Source: Kiritimatiellia bacterium (lineage in GTDB: Bacteria; Verrucomicrobiota; Kiritimatiellia; JAAZAB01). From it: DNA of 64,000 bases. The notes under the pieces were generated by a model. That model saw nothing but the letters and a program-made list of their open reading frames with translations, had not been told where the DNA came from and did no database searches. Below, piece by piece: positions 39,412 to 49,744 of this stretch. How positions within the stretch are numbered: position 1 is the first letter of the stretch; every line of letters begins with the position of its first letter. The DNA lies in contig JAXGPF010000004.1 of NCBI GenBank assembly GCA_040767085.1, positions 96,001 through 160,000 of the forward strand, given 5' to 3'. A program made the position numbers and the translations under genes.

Positions 39412-40782
39412 ATGAGCGAAGACGTGAAAGTATTCCTGAGCGAAGACGAAATGCCGCGGCAGTGGTACAACATCCAGGCGGACTTGCCGCACCCCCTGCC
39501 GCCGCCGCTGAAGAAAGACGGCAGCCCGGTCGGACCGGACGACCTGGCGCCGGTCTTCCCCATGAATATCATCGAGCAGGAAGTCAGCCGGGAACGCTGG
39601 ATTGACATTCCCGAACCGGTGCTTGAAAAACTGCGCATCTGGCGCCCCAGCCCGCTCTGCCGGGCCGTCAACCTGGAAAAAGCCCTCAGCACTCCGGCTA
39701 AAATTTTTTACAAGAACGAAGGTCTCTCCCCCGCCGGCAGCCACAAGGGCAATACCGCCGTGGCCCAGGCCTATTACAACAAGGCGTTCGGCATCAAGCG
39801 CATCACCACGGAAACTGGCGCCGGCCAGTGGGGCAGCGCCCTCGCCATGGCCTGCCAGATGTTCGGCCTGGAATGCAAGGTATACATGGTGGGCATCAGT
39901 TTTCACCAGAAACCCTTTCGGAAAATGCTGATGCGGGTGTGGGGCGCGGATTGCGTACCCAGCCCGAGCCGCGACACTCAATCCGGCCGCGCAATTCTGG
40001 AACAAACACCCGATACCCCGGGCAGCCTGGCCATTGCGATCAGCGAAGCCATCGAAGACGCTGTGACGTCCAAGAACACCCGTTATTCGCTGGGCAGTGT
40101 TCTGAACCACGTGCTGTTGCATCAAAGCATCATCGGTCTGGAAGCCCAGAAACAGTTCAAAAAAATCGGGCTTTACCCGGACGTGGTGATCGGCTGCGTC
40201 GGCGGCGGGTCGAACTTCGCCGGCATCACTTTCCCGTTCATCTGCGACAAGATTCACGGACGCGACGTGCGCCTGGTGGCGGTGGAACCTACAGCCTGCC
40301 CGACCCTGACCCGCGGCCCGTTCGTTTACGATGCCGGCGATGTGGCCATGATGACGCCGCTGCTGGCGATGCACAGCCTGGGCCACAGTTTCGTGCCAGC
40401 CGCCATCCATGCCGGCGGGCTGCGCTACCATGGCATGGCGCCGCTGGTCAGCCACGTTGTGCGCGAGGGATTGGCCGAAGCCTGCGCCATCCAGCAGTTG
40501 GAATGTTATGAAGCCGCCATGCTCTGGTCGCGCACGGAAGGTTTCATTCCTGCGCCGGAAACTTCCCACGCCATCGCCGCGGCCATCCGGGAAGCCAAAC
40601 AAGCCCAGGCCGAAGGCCGTGAACGCGTAATCCTCCTGAACTGGTCCGGGCACGGCTTGATGGATCTTACCGGCTACGAAGCGTATCTGGACGGCAAATT
40701 GAGCAATTACACCCTGCCGGAAGCCGACCTGCAAAAATCCCTGCACAAATTGGAAGGCCTGCCGAAACCGCCGCCGCTGTGA
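39412..40782 (+). CDS. trpB: TrpB2-type tryptophan synthase beta-like PLP enzyme
   Basis: [18 protein letters not shown] and HAGGLRYHG motifs; no adjacent trpA. Confidence 0.93.
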   Translation: MSEDVKVFLSEDEMPRQWYNIQADLPHPLPPPLKKDGSPVGPDDLAPVFPMNIIEQEVSRERWIDIPEPVLEKLRIWRPSPLCRAVNLEKALSTPAKIFYKNEGLSPAGSHKGNTAVAQAYYNKAFGIKRITTETGAGQWGSALAMACQMFGLECKVYMVGISFHQKPFRKMLMRVWGADCVPSPSRDTQSGRAILEQTPDTPGSLAIAISEAIEDAVTSKNTRYSLGSVLNHVLLHQSIIGLEAQKQFKKIGLYPDVVIGCVGGGSNFAGITFPFICDKIHGRDVRLVAVEPTACPTLTRGPFVYDAGDVAMMTPLLAMHSLGHSFVPAAIHAGGLRYHGMAPLVSHVVREGLAEACAIQQLECYEAAMLWSRTEGFIPAPETSHAIAAAIREAKQAQAEGRERVILLNWSGHGLMDLTGYEAYLDGKLSNYTLPEADLQKSLHKLEGLPKPPPL

Positions 40783-40897
40783 TTAGTCGTGTGATTTGCT
40801 GTTGACTTTTGCGGGCGCGACGGCAGAATATGCTCCAATCAATGGACTTGGCGCGCCGGCGCCATGCCTGCACAAACAACGGAAGGATGCTGTAACA

Positions 40898-41053
40898 ATG
40901 TCTCAACATGCCAGTTTGAAGGCGGCCAACAAAATTGTCACCAAACGCAACGTGCTGAAGCGTTTCGAACGCGTGGATTTACTGCGCGCCCGCGGAAAAT
41001 GGAAAGATGGCGACCGGGGCTTGGGCCTGCCGAAGACCAAACCCCAGGAATAA
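40898..41053 (+). CDS. PVC-superphylum small basic protein
   Basis: MSQHASLK...KRNVLKRFERV...GLPK, the recognisable PVC signature protein. Confidence 0.85.
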   Translation: MSQHASLKAANKIVTKRNVLKRFERVDLLRARGKWKDGDRGLGLPKTKPQE

Positions 41054-41098
41054 ATCCGCCCGCGTGAAACGCGCGCCGATCGTTCCGAGGCTTACCCA

Positions 41099-42040
41099 AT
41101 GCGTGCCAAGCAAGTCATCCTGTTGCTGTCGGCGTGTCTGGTCTGCGCGACCGCGCTGGCGGAGTCCGGCGCGGAAGAGCAGTTGACCGTCCTGCGCCAG
41201 AATGTCAACCTGCGCGCCAAGCCTTCCATCGCCGCGGAGGTTGTGGCCCAGGTTTCCGCGCCGGAAAAATTAACGGTCAAAAGCGTAACCGACGAATGGG
41301 TGGAAGTGCTGCCGCCGCCGCATGCCGAATTATGGGTCCTGGGCGATTACGTCCGGGATGGCGTCATCCAGTGCAACACCCGGGTGAACGTGCGCGCCGG
41401 CGCCGGCATCAATTTCAATATTGTCGGCCAACTCACCAACGGTGCCGCCGTCAGCGTGCGCGGCACGCATGCCGACTGGATAAAAATCGCCCCGCCGGAA
41501 TCCACTTCCCTCTGGGTCGCCAGGTCCATGGTGGAATTAGCCCCGGCGGGCACGGCGGAAAGCGCCGCAACGGAAAGCGCCGCGGCGGTCGAAGCCGCGC
41601 CGGCGCCGGAACCGCCCCCGCCGACGGACGAACCGCGGCCGGAAGCTCCTCCGACCCCGGCCGCCCCACTCCCGACCCTGCCGCCGCCGGCGCCGGCTTC
41701 GGAACCTTTACTGCCGTCGCCCCCCCCAGCTCCGCATGCGGCGCCGGCATTAGTCAAGCCGCCGGCGGATCTGGATCTGCATCCCGCCAAGCCCCAGGGG
41801 CAATGGCGGCAGTACGAGGGAGTGCTGCGGCCGCGCAATTTCATTTTCGGCGCGCCCAGCCGGTACCGCCTGGCGCAAGACCGCGCCGGCGTGGAAGCCA
41901 CCATCTGCCACGTGCGCGGCAACGAAGCGCAATTGCGCGCGCTGCTGAACCGGCGCATGGTCATCAGCGGCCGCGAATACTGGGTGAAACGCCCGGACAC
42001 CCATCCCGTGCTGGTGCCGGAACGGATCGTGCTCAAGTAA
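41099..42040 (+). CDS. Secreted tandem SH3b-domain protein with Pro-rich linker
   Basis: Signal peptide; VNLRAKPS and VNVRAGAG SH3_3 motifs. Confidence 0.8.
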   Translation: MRAKQVILLLSACLVCATALAESGAEEQLTVLRQNVNLRAKPSIAAEVVAQVSAPEKLTVKSVTDEWVEVLPPPHAELWVLGDYVRDGVIQCNTRVNVRAGAGINFNIVGQLTNGAAVSVRGTHADWIKIAPPESTSLWVARSMVELAPAGTAESAATESAAAVEAAPAPEPPPPTDEPRPEAPPTPAAPLPTLPPPAPASEPLLPSPPPAPHAAPALVKPPADLDLHPAKPQGQWRQYEGVLRPRNFIFGAPSRYRLAQDRAGVEATICHVRGNEAQLRALLNRRMVISGREYWVKRPDTHPVLVPERIVLK

Positions 42041-42045
42041 GCGCC

Positions 42046-42252
42046 CGTCCGGGCGAGCCGCCAGGGCTGCGTCATTCTCAGAACAGACGGCTCCGTCGGA
42101 GACGTCGCCCTACCTTCAGCAGATTCCCCGGGTGGGGCGAGACCTCCGGGCGAGCCGCCAGGTAGAAGGGCGAGACCCCGCTCATAGCGGGGTAAACCGC
42201 CGGCTTGTCCCGCCTGGCGCGGGGGCGAGCCGCCGAGAATGACGCAGCCGTG
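42046..42252. repeat. REP cluster between convergent genes
   Basis: CGGCTCCGTCGGAGACGTCGCCCTACC and GGTGGGGCGAGACCTCCGGGCGAGCCG, the same family as 15400-15506. Confidence 0.78.
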
Positions 42253-42265
42253 GCGGCGCCGCCAA

Positions 42266-42703
42266 TCAGGGCGTGGTTTTCGCCGGGAAGTATAACAGCC
42301 GGACGACTTCTTCGAAGGAAGCCTTGCCGGATTCCGACCAGCTGACGCGCGTGCGGACGGAGAAGAGTTGTTCTTCCTCATCCAGTGATTCGCCCTCGAA
42401 CCGCTGATATACGAAACCATCCACGAGTTCTTCCGGTCCCGCCGCCACATCTTCCGGCAGATTCGTCGCACTGATCGGATACATGGCCTCGCCTTGTTCC
42501 ATCACCGAGCGGGCCGTCTGGTAGTTGCGCGACAGGCGGATGACGGCCAGGCAGCGCGCCGTGGTTTCCGCCAGCGCAAACACGCTGATGCTCAAAATGG
42601 CCAAAGCCAGCACCGCTTCCAGCAGGGTGAAACCCGTCCTGGCCCGAGGCGCGGGGACAGGCGGCGGACATCTGGAATTCTGGAGTGAGGCTTGCATCCG
42701 CAT
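42266..42703 (-). CDS. Prepilin-type pseudopilin (GspI-like)
   Basis: G-FTLLEAVLAL N-methylation motif. Confidence 0.8.
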   Translation of the reverse strand: MRMQASLQNSRCPPPVPAPRARTGFTLLEAVLALAILSISVFALAETTARCLAVIRLSRNYQTARSVMEQGEAMYPISATNLPEDVAAGPEELVDGFVYQRFEGESLDEEEQLFSVRTRVSWSESGKASFEEVVRLLYFPAKTTP

Positions 42704-42730
42704 CGGTCTTCCGTTAAACCTGCGCCGCAA

Positions 42731-43228
42731 TTAATCCGTCGTCACCCGCACCGCCGCCAGGGCATCCACCTTGACGATCAGCCCGGCGCCGTGCTGGTCC
42801 ACCATGCGCACGACAAAAGGCCGGCACATGCCGTTCCGGAAATAAGGCACCGCGCAGAAGCCGGCGTCCGCCGGTTCGCCATCGGCGACCGCCACGGACT
42901 CCAGCATCACGCCTTCCAGGTTGCGCGTAAATCGCGGCAGCTCGGCATTGCTGGACACCACGTCAATCTTGCCGGAATCCAGATCGAAGGTCAACGCCAC
43001 TTCCGCTTGTTTCAAGACGGCCATGCTGCGCGCGTAACGCGAAACCGTCACCAGGGTCCGGCCGGCGACACGCAGGCGGTTGCCGCGGATGGAATGGACA
43101 AAATACGGCATGGAAATGCCGATGACCACGCCCAGCAGCACCAGCACCAGGAGCAATTCCACCAGCGTGAACCCGCCGCGCGCGCCGGCGCGGCGGAGGC
43201 GGATCGGCTGTTCAGTTGGTAATGTCAT
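42731..43228 (-). CDS. Pseudopilin (GspH/FimT-like)
   Basis: G-FTLVELLLV motif; ARSMAV segment. Confidence 0.8.
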   Translation of the reverse strand: MTLPTEQPIRLRRAGARGGFTLVELLLVLVLLGVVIGISMPYFVHSIRGNRLRVAGRTLVTVSRYARSMAVLKQAEVALTFDLDSGKIDVVSSNAELPRFTRNLEGVMLESVAVADGEPADAGFCAVPYFRNGMCRPFVVRMVDQHGAGLIVKVDALAAVRVTTD

Positions 43229-43646
43229 CGCCGCCGCCGTCGGCGCCATTGGGCCCGTAGGACTTGATTTCGTACCCGCCTTCCTTCAGCGAGTAAACGA
43301 ACTCGTGGCCCCAGGGATCCTTGGGGATTTCGCCCTTGGGCAGATACGGCCCCTTCCAATTCTCTTCCGAGGTCTTGGCGATCAAGGCCTGCAGGCTGGG
43401 CGGGAAATTGCCGTTGTCCACCTCGTACAGATTGATCGCCGTGCTTAAGTTGGCGATGCTGGTCTTGGCCGCGGTAATCTGGGCGTCGCGCCCCCGGCCG
43501 CTCAAGCGGGGCATGACCACGGCGGCCAGCACTCCGATAATCATGACCACCAGCAGGACTTCGATCAGGGTAAAGCCGCCCTGCCGCCGGTGCGCCGGAA
43601 TCCGGGCAAATTTTGCTGAGTTTTGTGAGTTTTGTAACTTCTTCAT
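43212..43646 (-). CDS. gspG: Type II secretion major pseudopilin
   Basis: GFTLIE, WKGPYL, IPKDPWG and SYGPNG motifs. Confidence 0.92.
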   Translation of the reverse strand: MKKLQNSQNSAKFARIPAHRRQGGFTLIEVLLVVMIIGVLAAVVMPRLSGRGRDAQITAAKTSIANLSTAINLYEVDNGNFPPSLQALIAKTSEENWKGPYLPKGEIPKDPWGHEFVYSLKEGGYEIKSYGPNGADGGGDDITN

Positions 43647-43703
43647 AATACGGCTTCCTGTTTAGCATCAAAACGGACACATGTCAAATAGAATGTCGGG
43701 GAC

Positions 43704-45089
43704 TGTCGTAAACAAATGACTTGGCCGCATAATTAACAAATGATTTGTCCGCTTAAAGCTGTCAGGATGGTGCATTCAAAGGGGGGTTATATGGATGAAT
43801 ATCCGAAGGCAGCACTGGAGCGGGCAATGAAGGTACAGGAAGTGATCTTGCGTGCGATTGAAGGGCGGTTAATGTGGTGGGAGGCGGCGGAGATACTAGG
43901 TGTGAGCTACCGGACCATGCGGCGCTGGAAAGGGCGCTACGAGCGGTATGGTTACGACGGGCTGCTGGATCGTCGGCGGAAGATACCGGGGCCGCGGCGC
44001 GTGCCCCTTGCGACGGTGAAGCAGGTGCTGAGGTTGTACCGAGAAGAATACATGGATTTCAATGTGAGGCATTTTCACGAGAAGCTGCAGGCGGAGCATG
44101 GGATCGAGCTCAGTTATCAGTGGGTCAAGAGCGCCTTGCAGACGGCCGGGTTGGTGGCGAAGGCCCGGAAACGAGGGCCGCATCGGCAGCAGCGGGAACG
44201 GCGACCAATGGCGGGGATGATGTTGATGGTGGATGGCAGCACCCATGCCTGGTTGCCCCTGCTGGCGGGCCAGAAGCAGGATCTGATCCTGGTGATGGAC
44301 GATGCCACCAGCGAAGTCTACACGGCCTATCTTGTGCCCCAGGAAGGGACATTAACGGTGATGAAGGGGTTGAAAGAAGTCATTATTAAACATGGGGTTT
44401 TCTGCAGTCTGTACACGGATCGTGGCAGTCATTTCTTTTATACGCCCAAAGAAGGCGGGGCGGTGGACCGGCGTCAATTGACGCAAATTGGACGGGCGTT
44501 GCAACAGTTGGGGATCGAACATATTCCGAGCTATAGCCCCCAGGGACGTGGGCGAATAGAGCGGATGTTTAAGACCTGGCAAGGGCGCCTGCCGCAGGAA
44601 TTAAGGCAGGCGGGAATCCGGACGATGGCCGAGGCCAACGTCTATATTCAACAACAGTTTCTGCCTTCCTTCAATCGCAACATGAAGGTGAAGGCGCGGG
44701 AAACAGGAACGTGTTTCGTGCCTTGCGGTGAGCAGGATTTGGACAGCATTTTCTGTGTGCAGCATGCGCGAGAGGTTCAAAATGACAATACCGTGGCTGT
44801 CGGGAGTCGCCGCTTGCAGATTGGACCATCAAAATGGCGTTTCAGCTTCGCCAAGTGCCGGGTTAAAGTCTGCGAGCACCTCGATGGCACGGTGTCCATC
44901 CGTTATGGCCCGCATGTGGTTGGCCGCTACCAAGGACCGTTGAACATTTCGGCGTCGCTGGAGGACGTCGCATAAACTTTTTCCTCCCCCGCGGGGGAGG
45001 AAAATCCTCACCCCAGGAGCAACAACACACAATAACAAATCGGACAGATCACTTGTTACAAAAAGCGGACACTTGACTTGTTACGAACA
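43704..45089 (+). mobile_element. IS1202-family (ISNCY/IS481-related) element, copy 1, 1386 bp
   Basis: TGT...ACA ends with imperfect IRs; 16-bp direct repeat ATAGAATGTCGGGGAC at 43688-43703 and 45090-45105. Confidence 0.88.
43740..44975 (+). CDS. HTH + rve DDE transposase (start may be a downstream Met)
   Basis: VDGSTHAW, MDDATS, LYTDRGS and SPQGRGRIER motifs. Confidence 0.92.
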   Translation: MICPLKAVRMVHSKGGYMDEYPKAALERAMKVQEVILRAIEGRLMWWEAAEILGVSYRTMRRWKGRYERYGYDGLLDRRRKIPGPRRVPLATVKQVLRLYREEYMDFNVRHFHEKLQAEHGIELSYQWVKSALQTAGLVAKARKRGPHRQQRERRPMAGMMLMVDGSTHAWLPLLAGQKQDLILVMDDATSEVYTAYLVPQEGTLTVMKGLKEVIIKHGVFCSLYTDRGSHFFYTPKEGGAVDRRQLTQIGRALQQLGIEHIPSYSPQGRGRIERMFKTWQGRLPQELRQAGIRTMAEANVYIQQQFLPSFNRNMKVKARETGTCFVPCGEQDLDSIFCVQHAREVQNDNTVAVGSRRLQIGPSKWRFSFAKCRVKVCEHLDGTVSIRYGPHVVGRYQGPLNISASLEDVA

Positions 45090-45107
45090 ATAGAATGTCG
45101 GGGACCC

Positions 45108-46355
45108 TCATACATTCAGTCCGCTGGTCACGTCGAAAACCGCCATCAGGACGCTGATGGCGACGAACCCGACCAGCACCGCCATGACCACGATCAGGAT
45201 CGGTTCCAGCAGCGTGGTGAAAATCTTGACGCTGCGGTCGAGCATGGTCTCATAACGCCGGGCGATGTGCTCCAGAGCGCCGCTCATATCGCCGGTTTCC
45301 TCGCCGATGGCCAGCATGTCGGTCAGCATGGGGGGAAAAACCTTGCCGGCGGCCAGCGGCCCGGAAATGGTGGTGCCGTCGGTCACTCGTTCGCGGGCGT
45401 TGCGGATTTCCCGCGCCAGCACGGCGTTCTGGACCGTGCGCTCGCTGATGCTCAGGGCATCCAGCACGGAGACGCCGTTGCCGATCAGCATGCCGAGCGT
45501 CTGCGCGAACTGGGTAAACGAACTGGCCATGACCATCCCGCGCACCAGCGGGAGTTTCATCTGCATGGCATGCCACCACAGCCGGCCGGCCGGTGTGCGC
45601 AGGTAACGGCGGGCCATGACCGCCGCCATGACCGCCGCGCCCAGCACCAGCCAGCCGTAGCTGATCAGGCCCGAACTGATGCCGATCAGAATCCGCGTCG
45701 GCAGCGGCAGGGTGCTGCCCAGGTCCTTGAATATGAGGGAAAAGCGGGGGATGACGAACACCATGGTGAAAATCATAGTGCTGATACCCGTCAACATGAC
45801 AATGCCGGGATAAACCAGCGCCATGTATATTTTTTCACGGATTTCCTGCATGCGTTCGTAGTAAGCTACAATCCGCTGCATGATTTCCGGCAGGGCGCCG
45901 CCGGCTTCCCCGGCGCGGATCAGGCTGGCGTACAACTTTGGGAAGGACTCCGGGTACTTTCCCAGCGCTTCGGAAAGACTCGCGCCCTGGACAATGTCGT
46001 CGCGCAGACCGCGGACGATCCGGTCGCAATCCGCGCGGGCGCGCCGGTGGGAAAGCGTGTTTAAAGCGTTGCCGAGTTTCATGCCGGAAGCCAGCAGATC
46101 GCTGAGTTCCGTGGTGAAGGTCAGCATTTCACGGGCCGCCATCCGCGGCCGCTGGTCGCGCCGCCAATGCAAGCCGCGGCGCGGCTGGGCGGCTTTGCGC
46201 AAGGCTTCGGCGTTTTTCTCTTCGACCTGCACGGGGATCGCGCCCTGGCGTTCGATGTGGGCCAGGGCGGCGCGCCGATCAGGCGCCTCAACGTTGCCGG
46301 TGATTTTCTCGCCGGCGGCATTGCGTGCGGTATAGACAAAAATTGGCATAGTCAT
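45108..46355 (-). CDS. gspF: Type II secretion / type IV pilus platform protein GspF/PilC
   Basis: IRAGEAGGAL, ALVYP and AIGEETGDM...LLEP motifs. Confidence 0.9.
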   Translation of the reverse strand: MTMPIFVYTARNAAGEKITGNVEAPDRRAALAHIERQGAIPVQVEEKNAEALRKAAQPRRGLHWRRDQRPRMAAREMLTFTTELSDLLASGMKLGNALNTLSHRRARADCDRIVRGLRDDIVQGASLSEALGKYPESFPKLYASLIRAGEAGGALPEIMQRIVAYYERMQEIREKIYMALVYPGIVMLTGISTMIFTMVFVIPRFSLIFKDLGSTLPLPTRILIGISSGLISYGWLVLGAAVMAAVMARRYLRTPAGRLWWHAMQMKLPLVRGMVMASSFTQFAQTLGMLIGNGVSVLDALSISERTVQNAVLAREIRNARERVTDGTTISGPLAAGKVFPPMLTDMLAIGEETGDMSGALEHIARRYETMLDRSVKIFTTLLEPILIVVMAVLVGFVAISVLMAVFDVTSGLNV

Positions 46356-47626
46356 TCCCGCCGGACAATCTCCGCGCCCAGAGCGCGGAGGCGGCCGGCG
46401 ATGTTTTCATACCCGCGGTCAATCACCTGGGCATTGCTGATGACCGTAGTGCCGCGCGCGGCCAGGGCCGCGATCAGCATGGCCATCCCGGCGCGGATAT
46501 CCGGACTGGCCAGCGGCACGGCATGCAGCCGCGCCGGCCCGATCACCACCACGCGGTGAGGATCGCATTGGACAATCCGCGCGCCCATGTCAATCAGCCG
46601 ATCCACAAAATACAGGCGGCTTTCGAACATTTTCTCGAAAAACATGCAGGTGCCATGCGTCTGCGTGGCGGCCACGACGGCCACGCTCATCAGATCGGAC
46701 GGGAAGGCCGGCCAGGGGCCGTCTTCGATTTTGGGAACAGCGCCGCCGGCGTCCTCCGCCACCCGCCGGCGGCGGACCGCGCGCAAGCTGAGCGTGTCGC
46801 CGCGCATGGCCAGCGGCATCCCCAGGGTTTGGAAGGCCCGCGCCAGGGGCCGGACCGCCGCAGGATCAACACCCTGGACGGTCAAGGCTCCGCCCGTTAC
46901 GGCGGCGGCGGCGAGAAAACTGCCCACCTCGATGTGATCGCAGCAGATCGCATGCTCGGCGCCGTGCAGGGCATCCACGCCGTCCACTTCCAGCCGGTTG
47001 GTTCCCAAGCCGCCGATGTTCGCGCCCATGGCCTGCAAGAGCCGGCCCAGGTCCTGCACGTGCGGCTCGCAAGCGGCGTTAAAAATCACCGTCCGCCCCC
47101 GCGCGAGCACCGCCGCCATGAGGATGTTTTCCGTGGCAGTGACGCTGGCTTCGTCCAGCAGGATTTCCGCGCCGCGCAGATGGCCAGCGCGGAAGGTGTA
47201 GGCGCTGCCCATGTCGATGCGGGCGCCCAGGGCGCGCAGTCCTAGCAAATGCGTATCCAACCGCCGGCGTCCAATGACATCGCCGCCCGGGGGATAAAGC
47301 GTAACGCACCCATGGCGCGCCAGCAGCGGGCCGGCGAAGAGCAGCGACGAACGCACCCGTCCGCACAAATCCCGGTCCAGTTCGCATTGGCGCGCGCCGG
47401 CGGCGCACAAGGTCAATACATGCCCGCGGAGGACGACCGACACGCCCAGGCCTTCCAGAATCTGCAACATGGTCCGAACGTCGTCAATCAACGGCACATT
47501 GCGCAAGACCACCGGCGCATCGGTCAACAGGCACGCCGCCAGCATCGGCAAGACGGCGTTCTTATTGCCCGCCGGCCGGAATGTACCCCGCAGAGGCTTG
47601 CCGCCATTGATGATCAATCGGGCCAT
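46352..47626 (-). CDS. murA: UDP-N-acetylglucosamine 1-carboxyvinyltransferase
   Basis: GNKNAVLP, PGGDVIGRR (Asp at the catalytic Cys position), SVTATEN and DIRAG motifs. Confidence 0.94.
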   Translation of the reverse strand: MARLIINGGKPLRGTFRPAGNKNAVLPMLAACLLTDAPVVLRNVPLIDDVRTMLQILEGLGVSVVLRGHVLTLCAAGARQCELDRDLCGRVRSSLLFAGPLLARHGCVTLYPPGGDVIGRRRLDTHLLGLRALGARIDMGSAYTFRAGHLRGAEILLDEASVTATENILMAAVLARGRTVIFNAACEPHVQDLGRLLQAMGANIGGLGTNRLEVDGVDALHGAEHAICCDHIEVGSFLAAAAVTGGALTVQGVDPAAVRPLARAFQTLGMPLAMRGDTLSLRAVRRRRVAEDAGGAVPKIEDGPWPAFPSDLMSVAVVAATQTHGTCMFFEKMFESRLYFVDRLIDMGARIVQCDPHRVVVIGPARLHAVPLASPDIRAGMAMLIAALAARGTTVISNAQVIDRGYENIAGRLRALGAEIVRRE

Positions 47627-47632
47627 GCCAAA

Positions 47633-49624
47633 TCATTTTCCCAGCATTTCCCGGGCAATGCGAACCACGTTGTCGGCGGTGAAGCCGAATTCCCGCGCCA
47701 GCACCTTGTAAGGCCCCGAGAGGCCGAACTGATTTAAACCGAAAACACGGCCCTTGGGCCCGACATATTTTTCCCAACCCATCCCTACCCCGGCCTCCAA
47801 GACCAGGCGCAGCTTGCAGGCCGGCGGCAGAACTTTGCGCCGCAGTTTTTCCGGCTGATGCTCGAAGAGTTCCCAGGAGGGCATGCTGACGACCCGGACA
47901 TTGATCCCCTCGCCGGCCAGCACGGCGCCCGCCTCCAGCGCCAGCGACACTTCCGAGCCGGAAGCGATCATCAGGAATTGCGGCCGGCCTTGGCCGCTCT
48001 GCCAGAGCGTGTAAGCGCCCTGCTCGAGCAGGCGGGCGGGCGGATATTTCGCGCGGTCCAGCACGGGCACATTCTGGCGGGTCAGCAGGATGGCCGTCGG
48101 GCCGGCGGTGTTCTTCAATGCCGCCGCCCAGGCCGCGCCGGTTTCCGTCGGATCGGCGGGGCGGATCACCGTCAGGCCGGGCATCACGCGCAACGCGGCC
48201 AGGTGCTCCACCGGCTCATGCGTCGGGCCGTCCTCGCCGACATAAAAGCTGTCATGCGTGAACACGTAGATGACCGGCAGGCGCATGATGGCGGCCAGCC
48301 GGATAGCCGGCCGGCAGTAATCCGAGAAAACGAAGAACGTCGCGCCGTACACGCGGAAGCCGCCGTGCAAGGCCATGCCGTTCATGATCGCGCCCATCGC
48401 ATGCTCGCGAATGCCGAAGTGGAAATTGCGCCCGGCATAGGCGCCGGGGCCGACATCGCCCTGGCCGTCCATGATCGTGCGCGTGCTTGGCGCCAGGTCG
48501 GCCGATCCGCCGACCAGGTACGGCACGGCGCGGGCCAGGGCCTGGATGACGGTGTGCGAGGCATTGCGCGTGGCCACGGGCTTGGCGGGATCGAAGGCCG
48601 GCAGCAGCTTGTCCAGGTCCGCGGGCAGCGCCAGGTCCCCGGCCGCATCCCAGGCGGCGGCCAGGTCCGGCGCGGCCGCGCGCCAGTCCTCGAAGCCGCG
48701 CTGCCACCGGTCGCGTTCCGCCTGCCATTCCGCGCGGCGCGCGGCGAAGATGGCGGATGTTTCCGCCGGCACGTAAAACGACTGGTCTTCCGGCAGGCCG
48801 AGATTGCGCTTGGTGGCCTTGACTTCTTCGACGCCCAGCGGCGCGCCGTGCGATTCGGCCTTGCCAGCCATGTTCGGGCTGCCCTTGCCGATGATCGTGC
48901 GGCCGATGATGAGGGTCGGGCGTTCCCGCTCGCGCCGGGCGGCGGCCAACGCGCCGTCAATGGCGGCATAGTCGTGGCCGTCAATTTCAAGCACGTTCCA
49001 ATGGTAAGCTTCAAACCGTTTCCGGACATCGTCGCTGTACGCCAGGTCGGTGGCGCCTTCAATCGTGATCCGGTTGAAATCGTAATAAACCACGAGCTTG
49101 TTAAGCTTGAGATGGCCGGCCAGCGAAAAGACTTCGTGCGAAATGCCTTCCATCATGTCGCCGTCGCTGCAGAGCGCGTAGGTGTAATGATCCACCGGGC
49201 GGCGCTCCCCGCGGTTGAACCGCGCCGCCAGCATGGCCTCGGCCAGCGCCATCCCGACGGCATTGCTGATCCCCTGCCCCAGCGGCCCGGTGCTGGTTTC
49301 AACGCCGGAGGTCACGCCATGTTCCGGATGCCCCGGGGTGCGGCTGCCATACTGGCGGAATTGCTTCAAATCCTCCAGCGCCAGATCATATCCTGACAAA
49401 TGCAGCAGGCTGTAAAGCAACATGCACCCATGGCCGGCGGAAAGGACGAACCGGTCGCGGTCCGGCCAGGCCGGGTCGGCCGGGCAATGTCTCAAATGCT
49501 TCAGGAACAGCACGGACGCGAAATCCGCTGCACCCAGGGGCAGCCCCGGATGGCCGGAATTGGCCTGCTGCACGCCGTCAATCGAAAGTCCCCGCACTGT
49601 ATTCGCCACCATTTCAAAATTCAT
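47633..49624 (-). CDS. tkt: Transketolase
   Basis: [24 protein letters not shown] and GEDGPTH motifs. Confidence 0.96.
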   Translation of the reverse strand: MNFEMVANTVRGLSIDGVQQANSGHPGLPLGAADFASVLFLKHLRHCPADPAWPDRDRFVLSAGHGCMLLYSLLHLSGYDLALEDLKQFRQYGSRTPGHPEHGVTSGVETSTGPLGQGISNAVGMALAEAMLAARFNRGERRPVDHYTYALCSDGDMMEGISHEVFSLAGHLKLNKLVVYYDFNRITIEGATDLAYSDDVRKRFEAYHWNVLEIDGHDYAAIDGALAAARRERERPTLIIGRTIIGKGSPNMAGKAESHGAPLGVEEVKATKRNLGLPEDQSFYVPAETSAIFAARRAEWQAERDRWQRGFEDWRAAAPDLAAAWDAAGDLALPADLDKLLPAFDPAKPVATRNASHTVIQALARAVPYLVGGSADLAPSTRTIMDGQGDVGPGAYAGRNFHFGIREHAMGAIMNGMALHGGFRVYGATFFVFSDYCRPAIRLAAIMRLPVIYVFTHDSFYVGEDGPTHEPVEHLAALRVMPGLTVIRPADPTETGAAWAAALKNTAGPTAILLTRQNVPVLDRAKYPPARLLEQGAYTLWQSGQGRPQFLMIASGSEVSLALEAGAVLAGEGINVRVVSMPSWELFEHQPEKLRRKVLPPACKLRLVLEAGVGMGWEKYVGPKGRVFGLNQFGLSGPYKVLAREFGFTADNVVRIAREMLGK

Positions 49625-49744
49625 CTCGCTCCTCAAGTTGTTCAATTCCCGCGCAGCGCGGCGGTCCGGTCCGCACAGGGCCGGTGCCAAATGGTTAACA
49701 TCTTAACGCAAACCTCCTGAAAATGCAATGCCTATGCCGGTTTG

